DNA of 56,886 nucleotides, from the IMG/VR virus record IMGVR_UViG_3300033066_001236. One strand, written 5' to 3'. The translations under genes were made by a program, and so were the position numbers. Shown piece by piece: positions 19,092-26,914 of this stretch (its first letter is position 1; each line of letters opens with the position of its first letter). Origin of the DNA: an uncultured virus (IMG/VR IMGVR_UViG_3300033066_001236). Its lineage: Duplodnaviria > Heunggongvirae > Uroviricota > Caudoviricetes. A model generated the notes under the pieces. The model was not told the origin of the DNA and did not search any database. It worked only from the letters and a program-made list of their open reading frames with translations.

Positions 19092-19400
19092 TAATGTACA
19101 GGGAGGTGACCGTAAAGCCAGTAATCTTCCTGTGCTACTTTCTGCTCGGAACCTTCGTCCGGTCAGAAAGCCTCCGGCCCAAGTTTGTTCTGTCCAGACT
19201 TACTAAATGACAATCAGGTAGCGCTGTCCTCCCGGTCAGCGTTAGACAGACCTCTGTCAAAACGAAATACAAAGCCGACCCTCAAGATGGCTGAGAACGA
19301 GACTCAGTGCCCACAGCGATGTGGTGATCACCTTCGCCCCGGTCAGCCCGGCCGGAGCGTAGGAAACAAGCGTAGTGATACTCGAGGGGCGCACTTATTC

Positions 19401-19476
19401 CGCGCAATAGATCAGTTGGTAGATCGCTGGGCTCATAACCCGGAGGCCGTAGGTTCAAGTCCTACTTGCGCAACCA
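19401..19476 (+). tRNA. tRNA-fMet(CAU)
   Basis: C1:A72 mismatch, GGG/CCC anticodon stem, CTCATAA loop, encoded CCA. Confidence 0.93.
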
Positions 19477-19535
19477 ACGAAAAGAGAATGAGTTCAAGCC
19501 CTCAAATTCTCTTTTTACAAACCCAGATGGTAATC

Positions 19536-19544
19536 TGGTATAAG
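19536..19544 (+). promoter_or_regulatory. TGGTATAAG promoter-like motif for the tmRNA
   Basis: Directly upstream of the tmRNA acceptor piece. Confidence 0.65.
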
Positions 19545-19652
19545 AACCATGTAGGAGGAGCTTCGGCTTTTCCTGCTGGCGGAAGGGTCATTCGTGGCCT
19601 TCCAATGATCGTAAACTTTCCTTGAAGAACGTTTCTCGGACGCGGGTTCGAT

Positions 19653-20289
19653 TACGAAAGTTAGTCGACTCAGGGGGCGACCCCTGATGAATAAAAGTGG
19701 CTCAAACGGCGAAAGCGTGAAAACGTAACACCGTACCAAAACCGACAGGCAACTTCGGCGACGGTCTAGAGACTTATAGGGTGTCTACCCCAAGTTCAAC
19801 AAAACTTGGCACGACATCACTAGGATGGAAGAAATCGATTTCGAAAGCATGTTTAGCCTTTGTCTGGGCCTCAGAGTACTTTCCGTTTCGCACGGTAAGC
19901 CCCTTATAACGCTCAGTCAGCAACAACATGCGTCGCTTCTTTTCGGGCTCTTGTATGTAGGGTAAAAGCTTACTGATAGCAGTCAATGCTTTGTCGTTAG
20001 CGATTTTCCAACTATACGATTGTTTGTGGTGGGCTTTGTATACCTTATGAGTACTTATGTGACCTCCAAAAGTCGTCACGTAGAGCTCTAACAGGTTAAG
20101 GGACGTGCTAGACATAGAAAGAACCGGGTAACGAAACATTAAGTTGTTCGCCCGGGTACACATCGTCACCGTTCCCTCACCATCAAACAGCCCTGCTAAA
20201 TAAGCTAATCGTAATTGTTCTTCCATAAATGCCACTCTCTCATGGTTGAGATATTACCATGAGATGAAGGAATAGTCCACAGAAGTGTG
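19653..20289 (+). mobile_element. Group I intron (637 nt) in the tmRNA T-loop
   Basis: Exon UCGAU pairs with intron GUCGA (U.G splice pair). Terminal G present. Core motifs: AAACGGCGAAAGC, ACACCGUACCAAA, GGUCUAGAGACU, GAAUAGUCC. Removal restores the 7-nt loop TTCGATT. Confidence 0.88.
19774..20226 (-). CDS. Single-motif LAGLIDADG homing endonuclease, antisense inside the tmRNA intron
   Basis: AYLAGLFDGEG...FGGHI...SYSWKI...KLLPYIQEPEK. ATG at 20226, or GTG at 20235. Confidence 0.9.
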   Translation of the reverse strand: MEEQLRLAYLAGLFDGEGTVTMCTRANNLMFRYPVLSMSSTSLNLLELYVTTFGGHISTHKVYKAHHKQSYSWKIANDKALTAISKLLPYIQEPEKKRRMLLLTERYKGLTVRNGKYSEAQTKAKHAFEIDFFHPSDVVPSFVELGVDTL

Positions 20290-20898
20290 TCCCGCCAGCT
20301 CCACCATGGGGGGCTGCCAGGTTTCGACGTGGAATAAGTACGCTTTGAAAGCGATCCGGCAGACGAACGCCGTAAATGTAGTAAAACCACAAATGCCAAC
20401 GATGAGTTTGCATACGCCCGCCGCGCCGCCTAAAAACGGCTGCGGCACCTGACTAGACTCTTCGGGGTTTAGTTAGTGCGGAGTGTTTCTGGTACGGTTA
20501 GCTTGGCAACAGAAGCCCTAACGGGTAAACCGTACTACCAAATTTTGGCAACCTGCGAAGCAGTCCGGAGAAGAATACGGACAACCCCTGACGACGGGGG
20601 ACGGAGCAAATTCGTCGTTGACTGACTGGGGGTTCGTACGAGACCGACACCAAGCGGCTTCTCAAGCCCCTAAACGCCGGCTCAGCGGGTACAACCACTG
20701 ACACACCGGCCTCTGAGGGCCTCAGTTCATTCCTTATTATGAGACCGAGGAGTTCCGGCGGGTATACGTCATCTTAAATCAATGATGTGTCTCTGCCTGT
20801 ACCCCTTCGCAGGACCTGCCTATCTCTGGGCCGTTCGGCCCGACCGCTATGGGTGTGAGCGGTTCAATATCACACCCAAATCCATCGAAGGAATCTTC

Positions 20899-21567
20899 AT
20901 GTCCACTGACACCCAAACCCCGGTTGCAAACGCAGCTCAAACCCTGATCCAGCGTCTGGAAGCCAAGCTGAGCGAGTACGACATGCACGTGCTCTGCGAC
21001 ATCACCGGCTCCATGGAACAGCCCGTACGCAGCAACAACCCCTCGGGTCCCAGCCGCTGGGCCTACGCTCAGGAAACCCTGCGCGAGTTCTGCAAGCTGG
21101 CCTGCAAGATCGACGACGATGGCATCGCCCTGGGCTTCTTCGGCGGCAACAAGTTCCCGATAACGTACGAGAACGTGACGGCCGACAAGATCGACGGCCT
21201 GCTGAACTCCCAAACCGTCGGCGGCGGCACCTACCTGGCTCCGGCCCTGAACGCCATGTTCGCGATCGCCGAGAAAGCAACCAAGAAAGACCTGATCATC
21301 GTGTTTCTGGACGGCGAAGTCAGCGATGCCGATGCCACCATGCAAGCGCTCGTTGCCAAGGCCAACGCCCAGACGAACGACAACGACTGCACGGTGCTGT
21401 TCATCCAGATCGGCGACGATGCCATTGCCACCAAGTTCCTGAACACGCTGGACAACGGCCTGCAGGCCAAGGGTGCGAAGTTCGACATCGTCGACGTCAA
21501 GACCATCGACGAAGCGGCCCAGTACAACTCTTTCGCCGAACTGCTGGCCAACGCCATCGTCGACTGA
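20899..21567 (+). CDS. von Willebrand factor A domain protein
   Basis: MIDAS-like DITGSM, GGGTYL, FLDGE, FIQIGDD; strong C-ending codon bias. Confidence 0.88.
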   Translation: MSTDTQTPVANAAQTLIQRLEAKLSEYDMHVLCDITGSMEQPVRSNNPSGPSRWAYAQETLREFCKLACKIDDDGIALGFFGGNKFPITYENVTADKIDGLLNSQTVGGGTYLAPALNAMFAIAEKATKKDLIIVFLDGEVSDADATMQALVAKANAQTNDNDCTVLFIQIGDDAIATKFLNTLDNGLQAKGAKFDIVDVKTIDEAAQYNSFAELLANAIVD

Positions 21568-21585
21568 GCACGGCCACGCTGTCAT

Positions 21586-21623
21586 AAGACCCCTCCCTGG
21601 ATTACTCCGGGGGTGGGGTTTTG
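21586..21623 (+). terminator. Terminator-like hairpin
   Basis: AAGACCCC..CCCTGG/CCGGGGG..GGGGTTTT. Confidence 0.6.
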
Positions 21624-21628
21624 TCTGA

Positions 21629-21862
21629 TTAGGTGAACCTATCGTCTAATCAAGTGGGCGGGAAGAAAGATCCTATGGCTCAAGGTCTAAGGCTAAGCGG
21701 CGAAGCCCTCTCAGGAGGATAGAAGACGGGGGTAAATGTATGGGTTCTATGGCTTGCCCAGAAACGCTCCGTGACGCGCCTGAAGCCGGGCGACATAACG
21801 TCTTCGAACCGAGAGAAGATCGACGCCTAAATCGTGGTTCGAATCCACGTAGGTTCACCTAA
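21629..21862 (+). ncRNA. tRNA-like structured RNA with a 13-bp terminal stem and T-arm
   Basis: TTAGGTGAACCTA pairs perfectly with TAGGTTCACCTAA. T-arm CGTGG-TTCGAAT-CCACG. About 190 nt of interior. Confidence 0.65.
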
Positions 21863-22115
21863 GTAGGTATAGTATCCCGAGGTAACGAGCGGGATGAAAT
21901 AAGCATGGTGTAACCCAGCGACCTGACGGGTAGGTTTTTCGAAGACTCCTTACTCCTGTTAGGTGAAGGACCAGTTCGCACAACACCACCTTTAAAAGGT
22001 GTCAAACTGGCTAAACAAGTGCCTCGACATTGCTTGGTCGGCGTGGCCGTCCAAGCGTGTGGCTAGCAAAACATGGGGTTTTGTTAGTTTGTTTCAACTG
22101 AAGGAGTTTTCCATT

Positions 22116-22529
22116 ATGAACATCGACATCCTGCGTGCCAACCCGACCGCTTCTGCCCTGCTGGCCGGTATTGGCGTCAACATCGGCGACGCCGTCCAGA
22201 TGGCCAACGCTGCCCAGGCCGAACTGATGAAGCGCAAGACCGCTGAAGAAGCTGCTGCCATCGCCAGTCTGGTCGCCGGCTTCGAAGCTGCCGCCATCTC
22301 CAACGTGGGCCACCAGACCGATCTGCGGACCCAACTGGAAACCGCCGAAGCCAACCTGGCTGCCCTGGCCAAGGCCAAGGACTACATGCTGGCAGGCAAC
22401 AGCTCCTGGCCCCTGAAGAAGCTGATCGGCATCCCCGTGCCCAAGGACATCAAGGACGCCAAGCTGGACGAAGTGCCCGCCGGCTGGACAGCACCGGCTG
22501 CGGCCCCCGCCGCCTCCCCTGCTGCCTGA
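22116..22529 (+). CDS. Hypothetical Ala-rich protein
   Basis: AAGGAG RBS, host-like codon bias, and a terminator (AAAGCCGTC..GACGGCTTTTT) downstream. Confidence 0.8.
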   Translation: MNIDILRANPTASALLAGIGVNIGDAVQMANAAQAELMKRKTAEEAAAIASLVAGFEAAAISNVGHQTDLRTQLETAEANLAALAKAKDYMLAGNSSWPLKKLIGIPVPKDIKDAKLDEVPAGWTAPAAAPAASPAA

Positions 22530-22595
22530 TCCAGGGCATCAACCCGAAAGCCGTCTACGTGACGGCTTTTTTTACAACGCTTTTGAAAGGCGAAC

Positions 22596-22823
22596 ATGTC
22601 GTATGTAGAATTTTGCTATTGGTTACAGGGGTTCTTTGAACTGGCAAACCTCTCCAGTTTGACCGACGAACAGGTCAAGACCATCAACAATCACCTCAAC
22701 ATGGCCATGGCCTACGAAAAAAGCCGTGACTACAACCCTCAGGTTGAGGCAGTTGCCCCTCGCCCGGCCCCCCTGTTCGATAGGGTAGACACCGGCCCCC
22801 ACGCCGTCAAGATAAAGTGCTGA
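22596..22823 (+). CDS. Small hypothetical protein, paralog 1
   Basis: EFCYWLQGFFE N-terminal motif. Confidence 0.7.
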   Translation: MSYVEFCYWLQGFFELANLSSLTDEQVKTINNHLNMAMAYEKSRDYNPQVEAVAPRPAPLFDRVDTGPHAVKIKC

Positions 22824-22824
22824 T

Positions 22825-23067
22825 ATGTCACCTTCTGAATACGCCATCTGGCTGTCTTCGGTGCTCGAAGCTGTGGGCCCCCAACAACTATCTGGTCCTC
22901 TGACCACCACTATCCGAGAGAACCTGAAGACGGTTTTCAAGGACCACATCGACCGTTCCTACCCCGAAGCAATTCAGGGGGTTTTGGCCGATATTCACTC
23001 TGGGAAAAAGCATGAACCCGACCACACCTACGTTATCCCCCCAGGCAACGTCACTTTCCGTTGCTAG
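22825..23067 (+). CDS. Small hypothetical protein, paralog 2
   Basis: EYAIWLSSVLE...IRENLKTVFKDHI. Confidence 0.7.
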   Translation: MSPSEYAIWLSSVLEAVGPQQLSGPLTTTIRENLKTVFKDHIDRSYPEAIQGVLADIHSGKKHEPDHTYVIPPGNVTFRC

Positions 23068-23419
23068 TACTCCTGCCGAGTTTTGTTTCTGGCTCAAGGG
23101 CCAGCTAGACGTGGCTGAGGCTGGAACTCCTAACTCCGGCCAACGGGTAGATCTCCACAAGGTCCGGAAACGGCTTTACGGGGTCTTCCAGCACGAAATC
23201 ACCAACAAAGCTACCCAGCCCCCAAGTCAGTCCGAAGACGGCCCCAAGACCCCTCAGAAGCCCTTGGAGATGGTTCCTGAGAACAACCTCTCGTGTAAGA
23301 GCCTGGGGGCCTATTGCACCTACCCTCACTGTACAACCAGTTGTCGGCAGGGAACGGCCAAGGTATGGCTGGAGGCCCAGGCCAAGGGCCGACTCGAGGG
23401 AGAGCGAAATGGGAAGTAA
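23012..23419 (+). CDS. Small hypothetical protein, paralog 3
   Basis: EFCFWLKGQLD...VRKRLYGVFQHEI. Confidence 0.65.
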   Translation: MNPTTPTLSPQATSLSVASTPAEFCFWLKGQLDVAEAGTPNSGQRVDLHKVRKRLYGVFQHEITNKATQPPSQSEDGPKTPQKPLEMVPENNLSCKSLGAYCTYPHCTTSCRQGTAKVWLEAQAKGRLEGERNGK

Positions 23420-24011
23420 GCTGCATCGGTACGCCCGGCTCCCTATCGAGGATGTTCTTCCTCTTATCACGGGGGCGAAGAAACCGGACCAGCGTCCTTT
23501 GTTACTAGGGGTTCCCTGCCACACTAACGGCCTTCGGCTGTTCACGTTCAAGACCAAGGGTTGCGACTGCGTTTTGTGCGGTTTGAAAGGGTCATGGTTT
23601 GCTATCGAGAGGAACCCCACCAAACCGCATCAGACTGTGAATCGGGACGCAGAGATCCCGGCTGACATCGGCGATCCCTACCATTTGAACTTGTACGCAG
23701 TGAAAGACGGGGCCGAAATCTTGATGACCCACGATCACATCCTGGCAAGAGCTCTGGGAGGAGCACATCACAGTCTCGCTAACAGTCAACCGGCGTGCGA
23801 AATCTGTAATGGCCTGAAGGCTCGAGAGGAAGCTAAGCAGATAGAAGAGGATCGTCTCAAGGTTGGTATGAGTGTCAAAGACCTAACTGAAAAGTACAAG
23901 GCAGAGGGCTTGCCCCGCCTGGCCGCTGAAAAGAAGGCAGGTAACGATGCGAGAAAACACTCTTCGTACATGTATCGCAGCCTGCTCAGATCGGGTACAA
24001 TAACGAGGTAA
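23409..24011 (+). CDS. HNH endonuclease
   Basis: CVLCG...MTHDHILARALGG...NSQPACEICNGLK. Confidence 0.85.
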   Translation: MGSKLHRYARLPIEDVLPLITGAKKPDQRPLLLGVPCHTNGLRLFTFKTKGCDCVLCGLKGSWFAIERNPTKPHQTVNRDAEIPADIGDPYHLNLYAVKDGAEILMTHDHILARALGGAHHSLANSQPACEICNGLKAREEAKQIEEDRLKVGMSVKDLTEKYKAEGLPRLAAEKKAGNDARKHSSYMYRSLLRSGTITR

Positions 24012-24059
24012 TAAACGGGTATAAGTAAATTGAGGAGGCCCTTTTAAAGGTCTTCTGCT

Positions 24060-24146
24060 GCCAGGGTGGCGGAAGGGCAGACGCAACGGATTTAAAATCC
24101 GTCGCCCGTTAAGGGCGTACGAGTTCGAATCTCGTTCCTGGCACCA
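24060..24146 (+). tRNA. tRNA-Leu(UAA)
   Basis: Cloverleaf with ACGGA-TTTAAAA-TCCGT, long V-arm, CCA. Confidence 0.95.
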
Positions 24147-24183
24147 CCTACCCGTTATAATCGTTACAACGTTAGGAGACCTA

Positions 24184-24498
24184 ATGGCCGACAGACAAAT
24201 ACCCCAACGAGTAGGTCAACTTCTTGCAGCGATAGTACAACCAGACGGTCCCCACAAAGTACGGGAGCAGGTTGGGAAAATGTCAACCTTGATATTGGCT
24301 CTTCCAACTCCCAAACATGTCATCAAATTGGAGTTTCACACTGCCAGTATGGTGTCCCTGACCTGGGAGGGCCCGGGTCCTGAAGACAAGGTGGAGTTCT
24401 TCGAAACCTATGCTTTTGGACTTCGAAGGTTCGCCAACATCATCGAGGGAAAGGTTTCGTACGAGGACTTTTCCCGCAACACTGCTCAAACAGTTTGA
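24184..24498 (+). CDS. Hypothetical protein
   Basis: AGGAG RBS. Confidence 0.6.
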   Translation: MADRQIPQRVGQLLAAIVQPDGPHKVREQVGKMSTLILALPTPKHVIKLEFHTASMVSLTWEGPGPEDKVEFFETYAFGLRRFANIIEGKVSYEDFSRNTAQTV

Positions 24499-24536
24499 AA
24501 GTTTCTTCAACGTCATTCTTTTAAAGGAGTCTCACC

Positions 24537-25355
24537 ATGGATGACAAAACCAAGCTCTACCTCAAGTGGGGCATTGTGGCCGGTCTCTTAGGAATCGGCC
24601 TTTTCTTCGCCTTGCCAATTCTGGCAACGATGGTCTGGAACGCCGTCTCTGTTGCCGTTGGGGCGTTGGCCCTTGTTGGCTTGTACTTCTTCCTCCCGGC
24701 AATCGCCGAGTGGATGGCTCAAGGCTCGTACTGGCTCTGGGAAAAAGCCATCAGGGGTAACCCTGTGGGCAAGCTCTGGAGAGAGTTGGCTGAGTTTGAC
24801 AAGGAGATCAACAGTCTCGAGTTGAACATCGCCAACGCCATCGCAAGCAAGGTAAACATGGAGAGCATGCTGAAACAGCAGCGCAGCGTGTTTGACCCTG
24901 ACGAGATCATGGAATGGCAGAGCCACATCGACTCCACTATTGCCGACATCGAATGGGTCAAGGGCCAACGCGACGAACTTCGCCTTGAGTACAAGGCCAT
25001 GGAACGCGACTGCAAGAAAGCGGAAGCTCACTGGCAATTGGCCCTGGCCCAAGGCAAGGTGGCCGACGCGCTGGACAAGGCTGGCAAGATCACGGGCGGC
25101 ACTGCTGGTGCTCGGGTTGCCGTTAAGGAAATCCAGGATCGCTTGGCCCAGTCCAGGGCGCGTCTGGAAGTCATCAAGAGCCGTCGGCCGGGGGAGGCAC
25201 GTCCTCCCAAGGCTGAGTTGGCAGTAGTTGACATTCCGGCCAAGCCTCAGATCAAGTACGACCCGACCCCGTCAGTAACCGCACCGGCCTGGACCAACAA
25301 CCAACCCGTGCCTGTGGCCAAGTCCAGGGTTGAGAGTTTGATCGACAAGCTCTGA
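24537..25355 (+). CDS. Membrane protein with two N-terminal TM helices and a coiled coil
   Basis: Hydrophobic N-terminus, heptad-like charged region, AAGGAG RBS. Confidence 0.75.
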   Translation: MDDKTKLYLKWGIVAGLLGIGLFFALPILATMVWNAVSVAVGALALVGLYFFLPAIAEWMAQGSYWLWEKAIRGNPVGKLWRELAEFDKEINSLELNIANAIASKVNMESMLKQQRSVFDPDEIMEWQSHIDSTIADIEWVKGQRDELRLEYKAMERDCKKAEAHWQLALAQGKVADALDKAGKITGGTAGARVAVKEIQDRLAQSRARLEVIKSRRPGEARPPKAELAVVDIPAKPQIKYDPTPSVTAPAWTNNQPVPVAKSRVESLIDKL

Positions 25356-25362
25356 TCCTGCA

Positions 25363-25518
25363 ATGGACAAGAAGTGGATCAAGATCGCTATCGGCGTTGC
25401 CTGCTTGATCTTGGCAGGCGTCTTACTCTTGTTCGCCGACACCAAGGGGGGCCCTGCCCCCTCAGAGGGGTATTCCCCGCCCGCAGAAGAGCGGGAGTTC
25501 AAGGGCCTGAAGTACTAG
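25363..25518 (+). CDS. Small membrane protein (51 aa)
   Basis: Manual translation MDKKWIKIAIGVACLILAGVLLLFADT...GLKY*. Confidence 0.6.
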   Translation: MDKKWIKIAIGVACLILAGVLLLFADTKGGPAPSEGYSPPAEEREFKGLKY

Positions 25519-25554
25519 GCTCGTCTTTTCAACTTTGACTCGGAGTTCACTATC

Positions 25555-26517
25555 ATGTGGAAAAAATCGTCTTTCCTGGGCATCATCGCCGCTCTGGCCA
25601 TGGCTGTAGGCGCGGGAAGCGCGACGGCCCAGACCTTCAAGGTAGCATCGGGTTCGAAGGGCTTGACCTACAACGCTCAGCTGGTCAACATCAAGGAAAC
25701 GTGCAGCAAGGAAATTGCCATTGTGGAAGAGCCCTCCACCGGAGCTGTGGCCAACGTCGAACTGCTTCTGGACAACAAGATCAACGGGGCCTGGGTCCAG
25801 GCCGACATCTTACATCGGTACGCTCGCACCAGGGGGTCCGAGATGGCTACCATCAAGACCCTGCTGGTCATGCATCGCGAGGCCCTGCACTTCATCACGA
25901 AACGGCAGGCTTCCGAAACGGGCATGGGGTCCAAGATCGGGGCGTTGTTCAAGGACGCCAAGGTTGACATCAAGGAAATTCAACAGCTCAACGGCATGAC
26001 GGTGGCTACCTCCGGTGGCGGCGTGGAGACGGCCAAACAGGTTCGTACCGAAACCGAGATCAACTACAAGATCATGGAAGTGAAGAGCGCTGACGAAGCT
26101 CTGAAAAGTTTGGCGGCCGACAAGGTGGAAGCGGTGTTGGTAGTCACCGGCCAAGGAGCTGACTCCATCAAAGCCCTGGGCAAAGAGTACCGCATTGTCG
26201 CCATCCCGGCAGCCATCCAGGAAAAACTCAAGGGGGCATACACGGCGGACACCGTCAGCTACAGCAACATGGGCTCAGAAGGCGTGCCGACGGTCTCCGT
26301 ACAAGCTTTGTTCGTGACCCGGGAATACACCACTGACAACATGAAGCGGGCCCTGTCTGCCTTGCGCAATTGTGTACTGACCAACCTTGACAATATCCGG
26401 GAGAACGGTGGGCACAAGACCTGGTGGCAGATCAAGCGTGAAGACCAAGTCAACGCCAAGTGGCCTCTGTACAAGCTTCCGGAAGTAGCCGCTGCGGCTC
26501 CTCTGCCGAAGAAGTGA
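25555..26517 (+). CDS. Periplasmic solute-binding protein (TAXI/TRAP receptor-like)
   Basis: Signal peptide, VASGSKGLTY, STGAVANV, AWVQAD, MHREALHFI, VPTVSVQALFVT. Confidence 0.8.
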   Translation: MWKKSSFLGIIAALAMAVGAGSATAQTFKVASGSKGLTYNAQLVNIKETCSKEIAIVEEPSTGAVANVELLLDNKINGAWVQADILHRYARTRGSEMATIKTLLVMHREALHFITKRQASETGMGSKIGALFKDAKVDIKEIQQLNGMTVATSGGGVETAKQVRTETEINYKIMEVKSADEALKSLAADKVEAVLVVTGQGADSIKALGKEYRIVAIPAAIQEKLKGAYTADTVSYSNMGSEGVPTVSVQALFVTREYTTDNMKRALSALRNCVLTNLDNIRENGGHKTWWQIKREDQVNAKWPLYKLPEVAAAAPLPKK

Positions 26518-26518
26518 C

Positions 26519-26866
26519 ATGGGCGACCCTCTTCCTGCGACACAGCGGCCTCAGGAGCGATCGACAGTATCGTTCATTCACGTCGATGAGTGGATAGACT
26601 CCCCCTGTCTCCCCTCCAAGCCGGAAGCCTATGCCAAATGGTTCCTCATGCTCAAACGTCTTCCGGCCTGGATGCAGAGCACGTTCCACCCGCAAATCGA
26701 GAAGTATCGCCTGTACTGTACGTACCGGGGCGAGACCTATCGGGTAACGGGGGCGAGCAGGTTGGGGGACATCTGGCTTCGCAGTGACCTGAGCCTGGAC
26801 ACCGGGTATGATCCCTGGGGCAGGGTCAACCTGGCCGAGTGCTCAGACTGGCGGTCAGAGCCATAA
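26519..26866 (+). CDS. Hypothetical protein
   Basis: Coupled to the upstream gene; YRVTGASRLGDIWL. Confidence 0.6.
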   Translation: MGDPLPATQRPQERSTVSFIHVDEWIDSPCLPSKPEAYAKWFLMLKRLPAWMQSTFHPQIEKYRLYCTYRGETYRVTGASRLGDIWLRSDLSLDTGYDPWGRVNLAECSDWRSEP

Positions 26867-26914
26867 CCCCAGAAGAGCCTTAGTGCTCTTCTTTAGTTAA
26901 AAGAAAGAATAGCG

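Larger units (their letters stand above)
19551..20476 (+). ncRNA. ssrA: Circularly permuted (two-piece) tmRNA. Acceptor piece ~19551-20306 (intron-interrupted); coding piece 20310-~20476.
   Basis: The T-arm GCGGG-TTCGAT|T-CCCGC and CAGCTCC-A-CCA come before GGGGCTG-CCAGGTTTCGAC. G3.U70 pair present. Tag ORF 20395-20433 encodes ANDEFAYARRAA*. Outer ends are approximate. Confidence 0.9.

Noticed and set aside
19217..19270. HDV-like (theta) ribozyme near tRNA-fMet
   Set aside because: A TCCTCCC loop is present, but I could not build the nested P1/P2/P1.1 double pseudoknot.
19684..19716. Hammerhead ribozyme (CTGATGA...GAAA)
   Set aside because: These bases are explained as P2-P4 of the tmRNA group I intron, and hammerhead stems I and III are not evident.
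19185..20704. Short ORFs over the tRNA-fMet/tmRNA region
   Set aside because: They overlap RNA genes, lack RBSs and have no protein motifs. Only the LAGLIDADG ORF is retained.
20779..21585. 268-aa minus-strand ORF, and similar antisense ORFs over GC3-rich genes
   Set aside because: Shadow frames of strongly codon-biased plus-strand genes such as the vWA gene.
21863..22085. RNase P or SRP RNA
   Set aside because: The region is hairpin-rich, but I found neither the GAGGAAAGTCC P4 motif nor the SRP domain IV motif.
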